Of a stretch of 64,000 nt of DNA, positions 1-10,867 are shown piece by piece (within the stretch, counting starts at the first letter, position 1; every line of letters begins with the position of its first letter). Origin of the DNA: Phyllobates terribilis (taxonomy: Eukaryota); assembly GCF_046119375.1 (NCBI RefSeq), contig NW_027362773.1, positions 200,756,001 to 200,820,000 of the forward strand. The letters are read 5' to 3'. Made by a program: the position numbers and the translations under genes. The notes under the pieces were generated by a model. The model was not told the DNA's origin and searched no databases. It saw only the letters and a program-made list of their open reading frames with translations.

Positions 1-185
1 CCCTCCTTTTCCCTCTCTTTTTCTTCACTTCTTCCCTTCATTTTTCCTACTTCCCTCCCTCCTACCCACCCTTCCTTCCCTCCCTCCTTCCTACTTGAAC
101 CCTTATTCTGTCGTTCGTTCCTTCCCCCTCTATTATCTTCATTCCTTCCTATTTCTTCCTCTCCTCCTTTTTTTTATCAATTTCA
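1..185. repeat. CT-rich low-complexity tract
   Basis: Almost entirely C/T runs (cctt, ctcc, ttc). Confidence 0.8.
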
Positions 186-1579
186 TTCATCTTTAATTAA
201 TTATAATTTCATTCTGCACATCACATTTAAATGGAATATCAATGCCCTGCGTCATTCTATATTGGTTTCCACACTATGGATCATAGTTTCGAAACATATC
301 TGCCCAATTCTATTTTGTAGATATCTCTGTGGATAATGGATCAAAATAATTTAGATTTTTACTCTGGGTGTCAGGCTGCAGAACTCCATATTATCGCAGA
401 TGAGATCACAGGTCTATTTCTTAACCTTATTTGAATATTTTCTAACTACAGACATAGTCACACAGGTACAAGAACCCCAGGTAACCCCTCTATAGTTCTT
501 CTTCAGTTCTTCAGCTCATTTTAACCCCTGCTATTTTTCGAGACTTAACATTTTCACATGACAGTCAGGAGAAATATTCTCTGAAAATAGCTGAAAAATG
601 TATTCTCAGAATAAAGTTTTATCATTCGATAAAAGTGTAAGTGAAAAGTGTAGTCATTAATAGAGATGAGCGTTGTTCTACTCGAACTGTTCGCCAATCT
701 CAAATTCGAGCTGTTTTGGGCGGTGTTCGAGCCGTTCGGCGAACACGAACAATTTGAGAAAAATTCGGCTGTTCGAGGTTATGTTCGATAACTGTTCGTG
801 CACCAAAATCATAACTGGATTTTTTCTCAGTAATGATGAAAATTAATGTTAATACGCAGTTTGAGTGTACAGCGGGGTGGGGGGAGGGGCAGGGGATGGA
901 TCTCTGCAGGAACAATGAAGATCTCCATTTTTTTTTCTCTTTCCCGCATTTGCAGTGGGGAGGTGCAATCTGTCAGCCTATCAGCAGCGCACACACGGAG
1001 CGAAGTGCTTTTTTTCACACAAGCAAGGGCATGTGTCATTGGCAGTGTATGTCACATGTCCTTGCCCTATAAGACCAAGCCATTTTCCCCGTCGCCACCA
1101 TTTTCTCACTGCTGCAGCTGCGTGTTAGACGGCACCGCTGTTGCTGTGTGCGCTATACCTTGTTAATTTCAAGCCAATTTTCGCACAAATCTACAGATAG
1201 CTTGGGAGTAGGGAATAGTTGTGATTGCAGTCCTTTTAAGGACTAGGTTACAGCATTTCCTACGACTTTTATCAGGGAGGTCTGTGCTCTTAAATAGATA
1301 GGTTGTGGGAGTAAAGACTAATTGTAATTGGAGTCCTTTTCAGGACTAGGTTACATCAGTTCCTATCAGTTTTTGCCAGGCAGGTCTGTGCCAGTGCTGT
1401 GCAAGTTTTTTTCACAGCATTTGGCTGAATCTAGCAAAGCTAATCCTTTTTGGCCTATTGCAGAGTGTGTTAGTCAGTGGAGTAGCCTATCTGTGTTGCA
1501 AGATATAACACCTGTGTATAGAATACCAATTTTTTTACTGCACCTAGTGAAGTAAAATCTTTTGGGCATAGCATCATTC

Positions 1580-3078
1580 TATTAGTCCATCTATACTGAC
1601 CTCCATCAGGTTGCAAACTGAATATAATTTTTTTCTGCATCTAGCTCTGAAAAAATATTTGGGCTTCTAGCAGTGTGTGGGACTTGGTCTATTAGTCCAT
1701 CTATATTGACCTCCATCAGGTTGCAAATTAAAAATAATTTTTTTCTTCATTTAGCTCTGAAAAAATATTTGGGCTTCTAGCAGTGTGTGGGACTTGTTCT
1801 ATTAGTCCTTCTATACTGACCTCCAGCAGGTTGCAAATTGAATATAATTTTTTTCTGCTTCTAGCTCTGAAAAAATAGTTGGGCTTCTAGCGGTGTGTGG
1901 GACTTGGTCTATTAGTCCATCTATACTGACCTCCATCAGGTTGCAAATTAAAAATAATTTTTTTCTGCATCTAGCTCTGAAAAAATATTTGGGCTTCTAG
2001 CAGTGTGTGGGACTTGGTCTATTAGTCCATCTATACTGACCTCCATCAGGTTGCAAATTAAAAATAATTTTTTTCTGCATCTAGCTCTGAAAAAATATTT
2101 GGGCTTCTAGCAGTGTGTGGGACTTGGTCTATTAGTCCATGTATACTGACCTCCATCAGGTTGCAAATTAAAAATAATTTTTTTCTGCATCTAGCTCTGA
2201 AAAAATATTTGGGCTTCTAGCAGTGTGTGGGACTTGGTCTATTAGTCCATCTATACTGACCTCCATCAGGTTGCAAATTAAAAATAATTTTTTTCTTCAT
2301 TTAGCTCTGAAAAAATATTTGGGCTTCTAGCAGTGTGTGGGACTTGTTCTATTAGTCCTTCTATACTGACCTCCAGCAGGTTGCAAATTGAATATAATTT
2401 TTTTCTGCATCTAGCTCTGAAAAAATAGTTGGGCTTCTAGCGGTGTGTGGGACTTGGTCTATTAGTCCATCTATACTGACCTCCATCAGGTTGCAAATTA
2501 AAAATAATTTTTTTCTGCATCTAGCTCTGAAAAAATATTTGGGCTTCTAGCAGTGTGTGGGACTTGGTCTATTAGTCCATCTATACTGACCTCCATCAGG
2601 TTGCAAATTAAAAATAATTTTTTTCTGCATCTAGCTCTGAAAAAATATTTGGGCTTCTAGCGGTGTGTGGGACTTGGTCTATTAGTCCATCTATACTGAC
2701 CTCCATCAGGTTGCAAATTAAAAATAATTTTTTTCTGCATCTAGCTCTGAAAAAATATTTGGGCTTCTAGCAGTGTGTGGGACTTGGTCTATTAGTCCAT
2801 CTATACTGACCTCCATCAGGTTGCAAATTAAAAATAATTTTTTTCTGCATCTAGCTCTGAAAAAATATTTGGGCTTCTAGCGGTGTGTGGGACTTGGTCT
2901 ATTAGTCCATCTATACTGACCTCCATCAGGTTGCAAATTAAAAATAATTTTTATCTGCGTCTACAGTACCTCTGAAAAAATATTTGGGCTTCTAGCAGTG
3001 TGTGGGACTATTTGAATTAGTCCATCTATACTGACCTCCATCAGGTTGCAAATTCAAAATAATATTTTTCTGCATCTA
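1580..3078 (+). repeat. 110-bp tandem array (about 14 units) inside hAT-A copy 1
   Basis: CTATACTGAC-like anchor recurs at 1591, 1701, 1811 ... 2911 (exact 110-bp period), with a last unit at 3026. Confidence 0.95.
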
Positions 3079-3194
3079 ACCCAGCCAATAGTTTTGGCCT
3101 AATACCACAGTTTGGCCACTCAGCTCTGCTCGGTTACCATCCATTGTTTTTTTGTGCAAACAACTCCAGAGTTGTGAATTAGTTAACCACCAAA

Positions 3195-6100
3195 ATGAGT
3201 GGAAAAAGGCCTGCTGCTGGTGGAAAGGGGAATAGGCGTGTTGGGAAGGGGAAAAAAGGTTGTGTCCGTGGGGTAGGTGTTAAAGCAACAGTAACATCTG
3301 CAGAAGAAAGACCATCTTCCAGCCAAACTAAAATGTCTACTTCTTTTAGCGGACAATGTGATAAGATCCCTTTCTTACGGCCACGCCAATCGCTACAAAT
3401 TCCAGATGAGACACAAAAACAGCAGGTGCTTCAACGGATATCAAGTGCTCCTTTAAGTGGGCTCTCCTCCACATCAACTTCAACATCACAAATACTCCAG
3501 TCCTCAAAGGTGTCACCCAAATCGCACTTGCTTCCTCACAGCTCCCAAATCTCCAGCTGCCCGTCTGAGTATGAGGTAGAACAGATGGTTGAGTCTGCAG
3601 AGCTGTTTACTCATACTATAGCCTGGGAATCAGAGGTCGACTCCAGCGCTTCTGTGAATCCAGACGAGGAAATGATCTGCACTGATACCCAGAATCTTTA
3701 TGAGTCGGATCCAGGACCAGACGCAGAAGGTTCTGACCATAATGTAGACCCTCATTCCCAAACTGTAACTCCTGTTGGTGGAGACAATGAGGAAGACGAT
3801 GATAAGACTCAAATACCTGATTGGAGCGACAACTTTAGTTTTTTGTCAGGGCAGGAACAGGTTGGATCTGAGGACGACGGGTGTGATAACGCACAAGGTG
3901 ATGATGATGAGGTCGGAGATCCCACTTACTGTCAACCCACAGTCAGCCAAGAGATGAGGTCAGCAGAGGAGGTGGAGGAAGATGCTAATGACGACGAGGT
4001 CAGGTTGCGCCTTCCTGGACAGAGACGTAGTACTGGAAGCACGTCAACAACTGCATCCTCAAACACAACTCTGCCTCTCACCACAAGTCGTGGTGGCTCT
4101 TCAGGTCGCATGGGTGCTAAGCCTTGCATAGCCTGGGCATTTTTTCAGATCGATAAAGATGACCCAACTCGTGTTATCTGTAACATTTGTCAGCAAAAGC
4201 TAAGTAGAGGCCAAAAAATACATAGTTTGAGTACTTCATGCATGAACCGGCACATGGACATGAAGCATAAGATGCAGTGGGAAGCTCAGTGTGCTACAAT
4301 GCGGCCTAGCCGGCCGGGCCAATCACCGTCTGCCATATCTTGTGCATCCGCGGCCTCTTCATCCTCTGTGACTGGGGGGACAGCAGTCACACCTGTTTTG
4401 GGGCGCAGACCTGCCACCTCTTTACCCGCAACAGCCAGCGTGATTGGCAGGTCATCATTTTCTTTGGAGGTGGTAACACCAGCTGGTGTTGAGCGCTGTC
4501 CGACATCGATAGCACCACCTTTGGATCAAGGCAACCTAACATGTCCGCCTGCATCTTCCTCACAGACCGGCAGTTTGCCGGGGACACCCTTATCAACCCC
4601 GTCTAAGCACAATAGCCAGCCCTCGGTCCCTCAGATGTGGACAAGTAAAAGACCATTTCCTCCTAGCCATGAGAAAGCTAAGAGGTTGAATTTCACCATC
4701 TGCAAGCTCTTGGCTACAGAAATGCTGCCTTTCCGCCTGGTGGACACAGAGGATTTTCGAGACCTTATGTCCGTCGCAGTGCCCCAGTACCAGATGCCCA
4801 GTCGGCACTACTTCTCAAAGAAAGGTGTGCCTGCGCTCCACCAGCATGTCGCACACAACATCACCGCTTCTTTGAGAAACTCTGTGTGTGACAGGGTGCA
4901 TTTCACCACAGACACTTGGACGAGTAGGCATGGACAGGGGCGTTACATGTCGCTGACTGGGCACTGGGTAACTATGGTGACAGCAGGACAAGGGGCTGCT
5001 GTCCAAGTCTTGCCGTCCCCACGAGTTGTGCGTCAATCCTCTTTATGTCAAAGTTCCTCCACTGCTTCTGCCTCCTCAACCTCCTCTCGGTCTTCCACCT
5101 GCACCCAAAGCCTGTCTGGTCATGCCACAAGCTTTCTAACTGCGCAGAAGGGATCCTGCACACCTCCTTACTATGCTGGCAGTAGGGCTCAACGTCATCA
5201 GGCGGTTTTTACATTGAAATGTCTGGGAAATGTGAGTCACACAGCTGAGGATTTGTGGTCAGCTCTGGAGAACCAATTTCATGAATGGTTGTCTCCACTG
5301 GACCTGAAACCAGGAAAGGCCGTGTGCGACAATGCTGCAAACCTGGGTGCGGCCCTTCGCCGGGGCAATGTCACACACGTGCCTTGTATGGCTCACGTGT
5401 TGAACCTGGTTGTCCAGCAATTTTTAGCCCACTATCCCAGACTAGATGGCCTTCTGCAGAGGGCACGGTCGCTGTGTGCTCACTTCCGCCGTTCGCATCC
5501 CGCAGCTCAGCGACTTACATCTCTACAGAAGTCGTTGGGCCTGCCACTTCACCGGCTAAAATGCGATGTGCCTACCCGGTGGAATTCAACTCTGCACATG
5601 TTGCAGCGACTGTGGCAGCACCGACAAGCCCTGGTGCAATACGTTCTGACGTATAGCCTGGGCCAACGAGATTCAGAGGTGGGGCAAATCACGCTGGAGG
5701 AGTGGTCTCAGATCAGGGACCTATGCACCCTTCTGCACAGTTTTGAAATGGCGACGAAGATGTTTAGTGCTGACGATGCCATTATCAGCATGACTATTCC
5801 GGTGATTTACATGCTGGAGTACATGTTAAACAGAATTCGGAGTCAGGTGGTGGCACAAGAGGAGGTGGAGGAAGTAGAGGAGGAGGAGTTGTATGCGGAA
5901 GGGCTAACATCTGCAAGGTCCAGACGGTCGGCAGCACCAAGGCGGCAGGCATGTGAGGGTGGGGGAGATGGTTTTACCAGGGCGCATGGTAGCAGCCAAA
6001 CTAGTGAGGAAGGTGCAGGAGCCCAGGAAGAAGTGGAGGACGAACTGATGGAAGACTCATCAGATGAGGGAGACCTTAATCACATTTCTGTTGTGCGAGG

Positions 6101-6896
6101 TTGGGGGGAGAGGACAGAGGAAGGAAGCATGATTGTTACCTCGCCACCAACACAACAGGGACTTGGTGCTCCTGGATGCGCAACACACATGAGTGCCTTC
6201 TTGCTGCACTACCTGCAACATGACCCTCGAATTGTGACAATTAGAAATAATCCTGACTACTGGGTTGCCACACTGTTAGATCCCCGGTACAAAAGTAAAT
6301 TTGCAGAAATTATTCCTGCCATAGAAAGGGATGCACGCATGCAGGAGTATCAGCAGAGACTGTTGCAGAATCTTACATGTGCTTTTCCACAAAATACCAG
6401 TGGTGCACGTAGTGAATCTCACAGTTCCAACTTGCCAACCGTGGGACCATCAAGTGTTCAGCACTCAAACCGTAACAGAACCACAGTATCTGCTGGTAAC
6501 ATCAATTTTGCGGAATCATTTCACCACTTTTTTAGCCCATCCTTTGCAAGGCCACAGGAGACAAGAAGTCTGACACATAGTCAACGCCTAGAGACGATGG
6601 TACAGGAGTATCTCCAAGTAAACATTGAAGCCACGACTGTGTCACTGGACCCTTGCTCTTTTTGGGCTTCCAATCTGGATAAATGGCCGGAGCTAGCCAC
6701 TTACTCCTTGGAGATCTTGTCATGCCCCGCAGCCAGCGTTCTGTCTGAACGTGTGTTCAGCGCTGCTGGTGGTGTGCTGACAGATAAGCGCACGCGGCTC
6801 TCCACTGATAATGTAGACAGACTCACGTTCATAAAGATGAACAAATCATGGATCCGAAACGACTTTTCTACCCCTGTGTCATCCTGGGGAGAGTAA
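3195..6896 (+). CDS. hAT transposase (1233 aa): BED zinc finger, DDE RNase H-like domain, C-terminal dimerization domain
   Basis: Uninterrupted ORF with BED finger (W-x-FF...CNIC...HMDMKH), TTDTW (first D), CDNAANL (second D), CMAH (CxxH), DVPTRWNST, and CPAASVLSERVFS (catalytic E / dimerization region). Confidence 0.93.
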   Translation: MSGKRPAAGGKGNRRVGKGKKGCVRGVGVKATVTSAEERPSSSQTKMSTSFSGQCDKIPFLRPRQSLQIPDETQKQQVLQRISSAPLSGLSSTSTSTSQILQSSKVSPKSHLLPHSSQISSCPSEYEVEQMVESAELFTHTIAWESEVDSSASVNPDEEMICTDTQNLYESDPGPDAEGSDHNVDPHSQTVTPVGGDNEEDDDKTQIPDWSDNFSFLSGQEQVGSEDDGCDNAQGDDDEVGDPTYCQPTVSQEMRSAEEVEEDANDDEVRLRLPGQRRSTGSTSTTASSNTTLPLTTSRGGSSGRMGAKPCIAWAFFQIDKDDPTRVICNICQQKLSRGQKIHSLSTSCMNRHMDMKHKMQWEAQCATMRPSRPGQSPSAISCASAASSSSVTGGTAVTPVLGRRPATSLPATASVIGRSSFSLEVVTPAGVERCPTSIAPPLDQGNLTCPPASSSQTGSLPGTPLSTPSKHNSQPSVPQMWTSKRPFPPSHEKAKRLNFTICKLLATEMLPFRLVDTEDFRDLMSVAVPQYQMPSRHYFSKKGVPALHQHVAHNITASLRNSVCDRVHFTTDTWTSRHGQGRYMSLTGHWVTMVTAGQGAAVQVLPSPRVVRQSSLCQSSSTASASSTSSRSSTCTQSLSGHATSFLTAQKGSCTPPYYAGSRAQRHQAVFTLKCLGNVSHTAEDLWSALENQFHEWLSPLDLKPGKAVCDNAANLGAALRRGNVTHVPCMAHVLNLVVQQFLAHYPRLDGLLQRARSLCAHFRRSHPAAQRLTSLQKSLGLPLHRLKCDVPTRWNSTLHMLQRLWQHRQALVQYVLTYSLGQRDSEVGQITLEEWSQIRDLCTLLHSFEMATKMFSADDAIISMTIPVIYMLEYMLNRIRSQVVAQEEVEEVEEEELYAEGLTSARSRRSAAPRRQACEGGGDGFTRAHGSSQTSEEGAGAQEEVEDELMEDSSDEGDLNHISVVRGWGERTEEGSMIVTSPPTQQGLGAPGCATHMSAFLLHYLQHDPRIVTIRNNPDYWVATLLDPRYKSKFAEIIPAIERDARMQEYQQRLLQNLTCAFPQNTSGARSESHSSNLPTVGPSSVQHSNRNRTTVSAGNINFAESFHHFFSPSFARPQETRSLTHSQRLETMVQEYLQVNIEATTVSLDPCSFWASNLDKWPELATYSLEILSCPAASVLSERVFSAAGGVLTDKRTRLSTDNVDRLTFIKMNKSWIRNDFSTPVSSWGE

Positions 6897-7104
6897 AAGC
6901 TTGATGATTGGTTAAAATCACCCTACCAACCGTTTTAAGCTTTCAAATTACTAATCATGTTTATCTGTATCTTGACTGGAAAATAATTTGGGCTTTGTAG
7001 CAGTGTGCAGCACTGATCCTATTAGGCCATCTATACTAAAGCTTCACCAGATTTAAAATTAAAAATAATTTTTAGCTGCATCTAGCCCGGAAAATAATTT
7101 TGGG

Positions 7105-7222
7105 GCTCAGAGATGCGCAAGGCACATAAGTGCCTTCTTGCTGCACTACCTGCAGCATGACCCTCATATTGTCAGAATTCGAAGAAATCATGACTACTGG
7201 GTTGCCACACTCTTAGATCCCC
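7105..7222 (+). pseudogene. Degenerate second copy of a hAT-A transposase segment (continues at 8597-8667)
   Basis: Reads ...FLLHYLQHDPHIVRIRRNHDYWVATLLDP, matching 6186-6286. Positions 8599-8667 match 6378-6444. Confidence 0.85.
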
Positions 7223-8596
7223 CAAACTTTTCGATCAACCTTTTCATTTTAATAAAGACCAAAAAAATGGTCATTTTTGAAATTATAAGCATTAGCAGGT
7301 TGTTAGAAACTGAAATCAAACAGTTTTCAACTCAAAACTTTATTCTAGGTGATGTTACATTTTCACATAGGACCCCTTGTTCGAAAGGAGCGTCTGAACT
7401 CTCTCGTCCATTGAATTTGTCAGGTTTTGGATGGTTTCTGCTTCAATTGTTTTGCATGAGGACAGAATACCCTCCCAGAGCTGTTGCTTAGATGTGAACT
7501 GCCTCCCGCCATCATAGACACTCCTTTTAATGATGCTCCAAAGGTTCTGAATGGGGTAGAGGTCAGGGGAGCATGGGGGTCACACCATAAGTTTGTCCCC
7601 TTTTATGCCCATATCAGCCAGAGATGCAAATGTTTTATGTGCAGCATGAGATGGTGCATTATCATGCAGAAAAATGATCTTGCTGTGAAATACACGGTTC
7701 TTCTTCTTGAACCATGGCAGGAAGTGCTGTTTGAGAAAATCCACATACATTATGGAGTTCATCTTTAGCGCCTTCAGGGATCCTAAAGGGGCCGACAATC
7801 TCTCTCCCCATGATTCCAGCCCAAAACATTACTCCACCTCCTCCTTGTTGGCGCTGTAGCCGTGTTTGCGTGGGGTGTCCATCAACCAGCCATCCTCCAC
7901 TCCATCCATCTGGACCATCGAGCGCTGCACGGCACTCATCCGTGAACAAAACAGTTTTGAAATCAGTCTTCATGTAATGTTTGGCCCACTGGAGCCGTTT
8001 CTGCTTGTGTGAAGTGGATAGAGGAGGTCGACAGGATGGCGCATGCACAGCTGCAAACCTCTGAAGGACCCTGCATCTTGTTGTTCAGGGGACGTTGGAG
8101 GCACAAGCAGCTTCAAAAACTTGTCTGCTGCTATGACAAGGCTTTTTTGCCGCTGCTCTTTCAACCTGACGTAATTGCCTGTAGGAAAGAGTCCTCAATT
8201 TGCCCTTATCAGCACGCACACGTGTGTACTGTGAATCAGCTACATACTTCTTGATTGCCAAGACACTTCATCCTGATCATCGCACAATGTTGATTGTAGT
8301 CATGCCTTGACCTAAACACTCCACAATTTGTTGCTTCTCAGCAGCCGACACATCCTTTTTCTTTCCCATTTTGGCAGAAAATGTAGGCTGCTTAATAATG
8401 TGAGAGAGCCTTCTTAAGTAGTCTTGCCTTTCATTGGACACACCTGCCAAACTAATTAGCACAGGTGTCTGCAATTGCTTACAGTGATATAAAGAGCCCT
8501 GACACACATCACCATCAATGAGTTTAACTGACAAACAAACAAATTCTTCCCTTATCACTCCTAAACACTTTTTGTATAATAATTTGGAACGCAGTG
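7223..8596 (-). mobile_element. Truncated Tc1/mariner of the DD37E (TRT-like) type, nested in hAT-A copy 1
   Basis: Minus-strand fragments: MGKKKDVSAAEK, VLFTDECRAALDGPDGW, and HDNAPSHAA...V*PPCSPDLYPIQ (37 residues between D and the E position, with E changed to Q). One TIR end (CACTGCGTTCCAAATT on minus) is followed by TA at 8597-8598; the other end is missing. Confidence 0.8.
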
Positions 8597-8667
8597 TACA
8601 TGAGCTTTTCCACAAAACACCAGTGGTTCACGTAGTGAATCTTACAGTTCTAACTTGCCAACCGTGG

Positions 8668-10490
8668 TCTGTATGGAGTTGTTCAATAAAGGGCTCAAAA
8701 TTAAGATAACATAGATGGGAGAGGTCTCTATGAATAGGAATTCCTAAGTATTTGATACCCTGTGAGGGCCAGGCAAAGGGAAAGTTGGACTGGATGGAAT
8801 CCTATATGGATTTGGGGAGGGAGACATCGAGGGCCTCAGACTTCGCTGCATTGATTTTAAAATTTTACCATGTAACAAAGTGATCTATTTCAGCCATAAC
8901 AGCATGGATGGATATATGTGATTGAGTGATATATACTAGGACATCATCAGCAAATAGAGAGCACTTGTACTCGGTGCCTCCCACCTCAATCCACCTAATA
9001 TTGGGGTTATGGCGAATTGATGAGAGCAGGTGCTCCGTCACTAGGATGTATAAGAGAGGGGACAGAGGACATCACTGCCTTGTCCCATTGGTGATTGTGA
9101 AAGGTGATGAAAATGTTCTGACGCACCCCCTGGGCCTTGGGACACCCGGAGCCGGACCCTTTTTGGTGGATGCTGGTGGTTGTAGTCTTCGTGGCGGCGA
9201 CCCAGTTCCGTGGCTCAGGGCGGTCAAACCAGTGGCGGAACTATTTATGTGGTTTTCATGTTTAAATGTCCGACTACGCCACCCGTGGATTGCGGTCAGA
9301 GTGAACCGCCGCTACAGGGCAGACCACTGAGGCTGGTGTTGTGGGTGCAGCAGAGCGTAGCATAACTCCCCACGGGAGGAGTATAGCCTCAGGGCAGTGT
9401 ATGCGGAGGATGGGGGTGATGGTGCAGGGCAGCAGCAGTAACGACACGGAGTCAGTGATGCAGTTCAGGGCCTTTACTCACAGTTCTTATTATCCAGACC
9501 AGTCTGCAGGTAACGGCTGCCCACGTCGTACTGTGCTCACCAGGTGAGGGGCTCAGACAACTCCCAGATAACTTTGGAGCGCTTCACAGGACCCCCTTTG
9601 TGTGTCCTTTGTCTGGCCTTTCTTACCAACATTTCTGTCCGGCTGCCTCGGGCCTCCTCTTGGTAAACTTGGCGCCAGTTTCCCTGACCCTATGTGGTGC
9701 CTTCCTAGCGGGTGTAGCGAGGGGCTGCGCCACATAAAATGTCAGAGCCTCCGGTTTCTAGCTGAGGGTCGTTTCCTGCCTCCACTAGTTCGGGGACCGG
9801 TCTCCCCCTTTGGCCTGACCCCTCCACGCAGGTGGATTCGGGCGTGCGGTGGCGACTCGCCCGTCCGCACCCCTGGGATCCCTTCATTCCTCGTTCCTGG
9901 AGCCTTCTCCGCTCCTCTTCCTTCCTTCTCCCTCTTCCAGGCCTGGGCCTCTGTTACTAGGCCCGCCTCCGGAGCAGAGCTCATGCAGAGCCCCTGCTCC
10001 CTGCCACTTCTGCTCAGACTTCTCTGCACTGAACTAAGATGGTGCCCACCTTTTATACTCCCTTCTCAATGCACCCAGGAACTGCTTCCTCCCTGCTCCT
10101 GCACTACAGGGTTCCCCTTCCTCAGTGTTCCCTCCCCCCACTCCAGCCAGGGACAGGGACTGTCGTGCCCATCTCAGGGGCATATTGGTCGCCCTGCCCC
10201 ACGGCAATGTGGTGTAATGCATGCAGGTGTCGGGTCCTGATCCACACTCCATCCTTACCTGAGAGTGAGATATCACACCTCTGGGTGAGGTGCAATACGT
10301 CTGTAGCAACCGAGCCCTCATGGTGCTACAGTTCCATTTATCTTCAGCCTAGGTGACGTATTGCGATACAGGGCCGTGATTTTGGCTATAAAAGGGTCCC
10401 CTAGACCCCTACCCCAAGCTTTTTAAGAGAATCATATATGGCGTGCCAGGAGACTCTATGGAATGCTTTCTCAGCATCCAACGAGAGTAT
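8668..10490 (-). mobile_element. L1-clade LINE ORF2 (RT) fragment captured in hAT-A, split by a solo LTR
   Basis: Minus-strand peptides: ILSLDAEKAF, ...RLKINGT|FSSPFTITNGT-RQ-CPLSPLLY, FADD, and QGIKYLGI. Confidence 0.88.
9119..10330. mobile_element. Solo LTR (Gypsy-type) inserted in the L1 fragment
   Basis: TG...CA termini with a 4-bp TSD GTTC (9115-9118 / 10331-10334). Removing it rejoins the L1 reading frame. Similar to 29793-31060. Confidence 0.85.
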
Positions 10491-10594
10491 CTAATTACAA
10501 ATTTTTAACTGCATCTAGCCCAGGAAATACTTTGTGCCTAGTAGCAGTGTCTGCTAGTGAGCGGATTATCCCGGCTGTTAAGCAAGCTGCACCA

Positions 10595-10867
10595 CCTGTA
10601 GTTTAGACACTTAATTTTTTCAAATGAAATGCTTCGGGACCATGGGATACTTAGTGAAGAGCATCAGGAGGCACCCCAAGGCATAGGGGCTGGGACTGGC
10701 AGTAGGATGCCTTGCGGTGGACAGCCGAGCTCGATCCTTATAAAAGCTTTTTAACTGCAGCAGCTTTAGTGGACGCTACTGGAGCTGGAATTACCGCGGC
10801 TGCTGGCATGAGACTTGCCCTCCAATAGATCCTTGTAAATGGATTTAAAGTGTATTCATTCAAATTA
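10595..10867 (-). pseudogene. 18S rRNA-derived fragment (helix-18/530-loop region plus the start of V4), non-functional
   Basis: Reverse complement contains ...GCCAGCAGCCGCGGTAATTCCAGCTCC...GCTGCAGTTAAAAAGCT, then GGATCGAGCT...GTCCCAGCCCC...GATGCTCTT...CCCGAAGC...TTTGAAAAAATTA, collinear with vertebrate 18S as remembered. About 13 mismatches in the 123-bp core, by eye. Confidence 0.88.

Noticed and set aside
1580-3078. CRISPR array
   Set aside because: Units are near-identical along their whole 110 bp with no unique spacers, there are no cas genes, and the context is eukaryotic.
3195-6896. Domesticated ZBED-type host gene
   Set aside because: Flanked by TIRs and a perfect TSD, with a recent sister copy at another site.
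9602-10240. 212-aa ORF conserved in both hAT-A copies (also 58666-59304)
   Set aside because: Lies in a GC-rich solo LTR, starts at a non-ATG codon and has no motif; its conservation simply reflects the 99% copy identity.
10595-10867. Functional rRNA gene or microbial contamination
   Set aside because: Only about 270 bp, with substitutions in conserved positions, vertebrate-like V4, and embedded identically inside two transposon copies.
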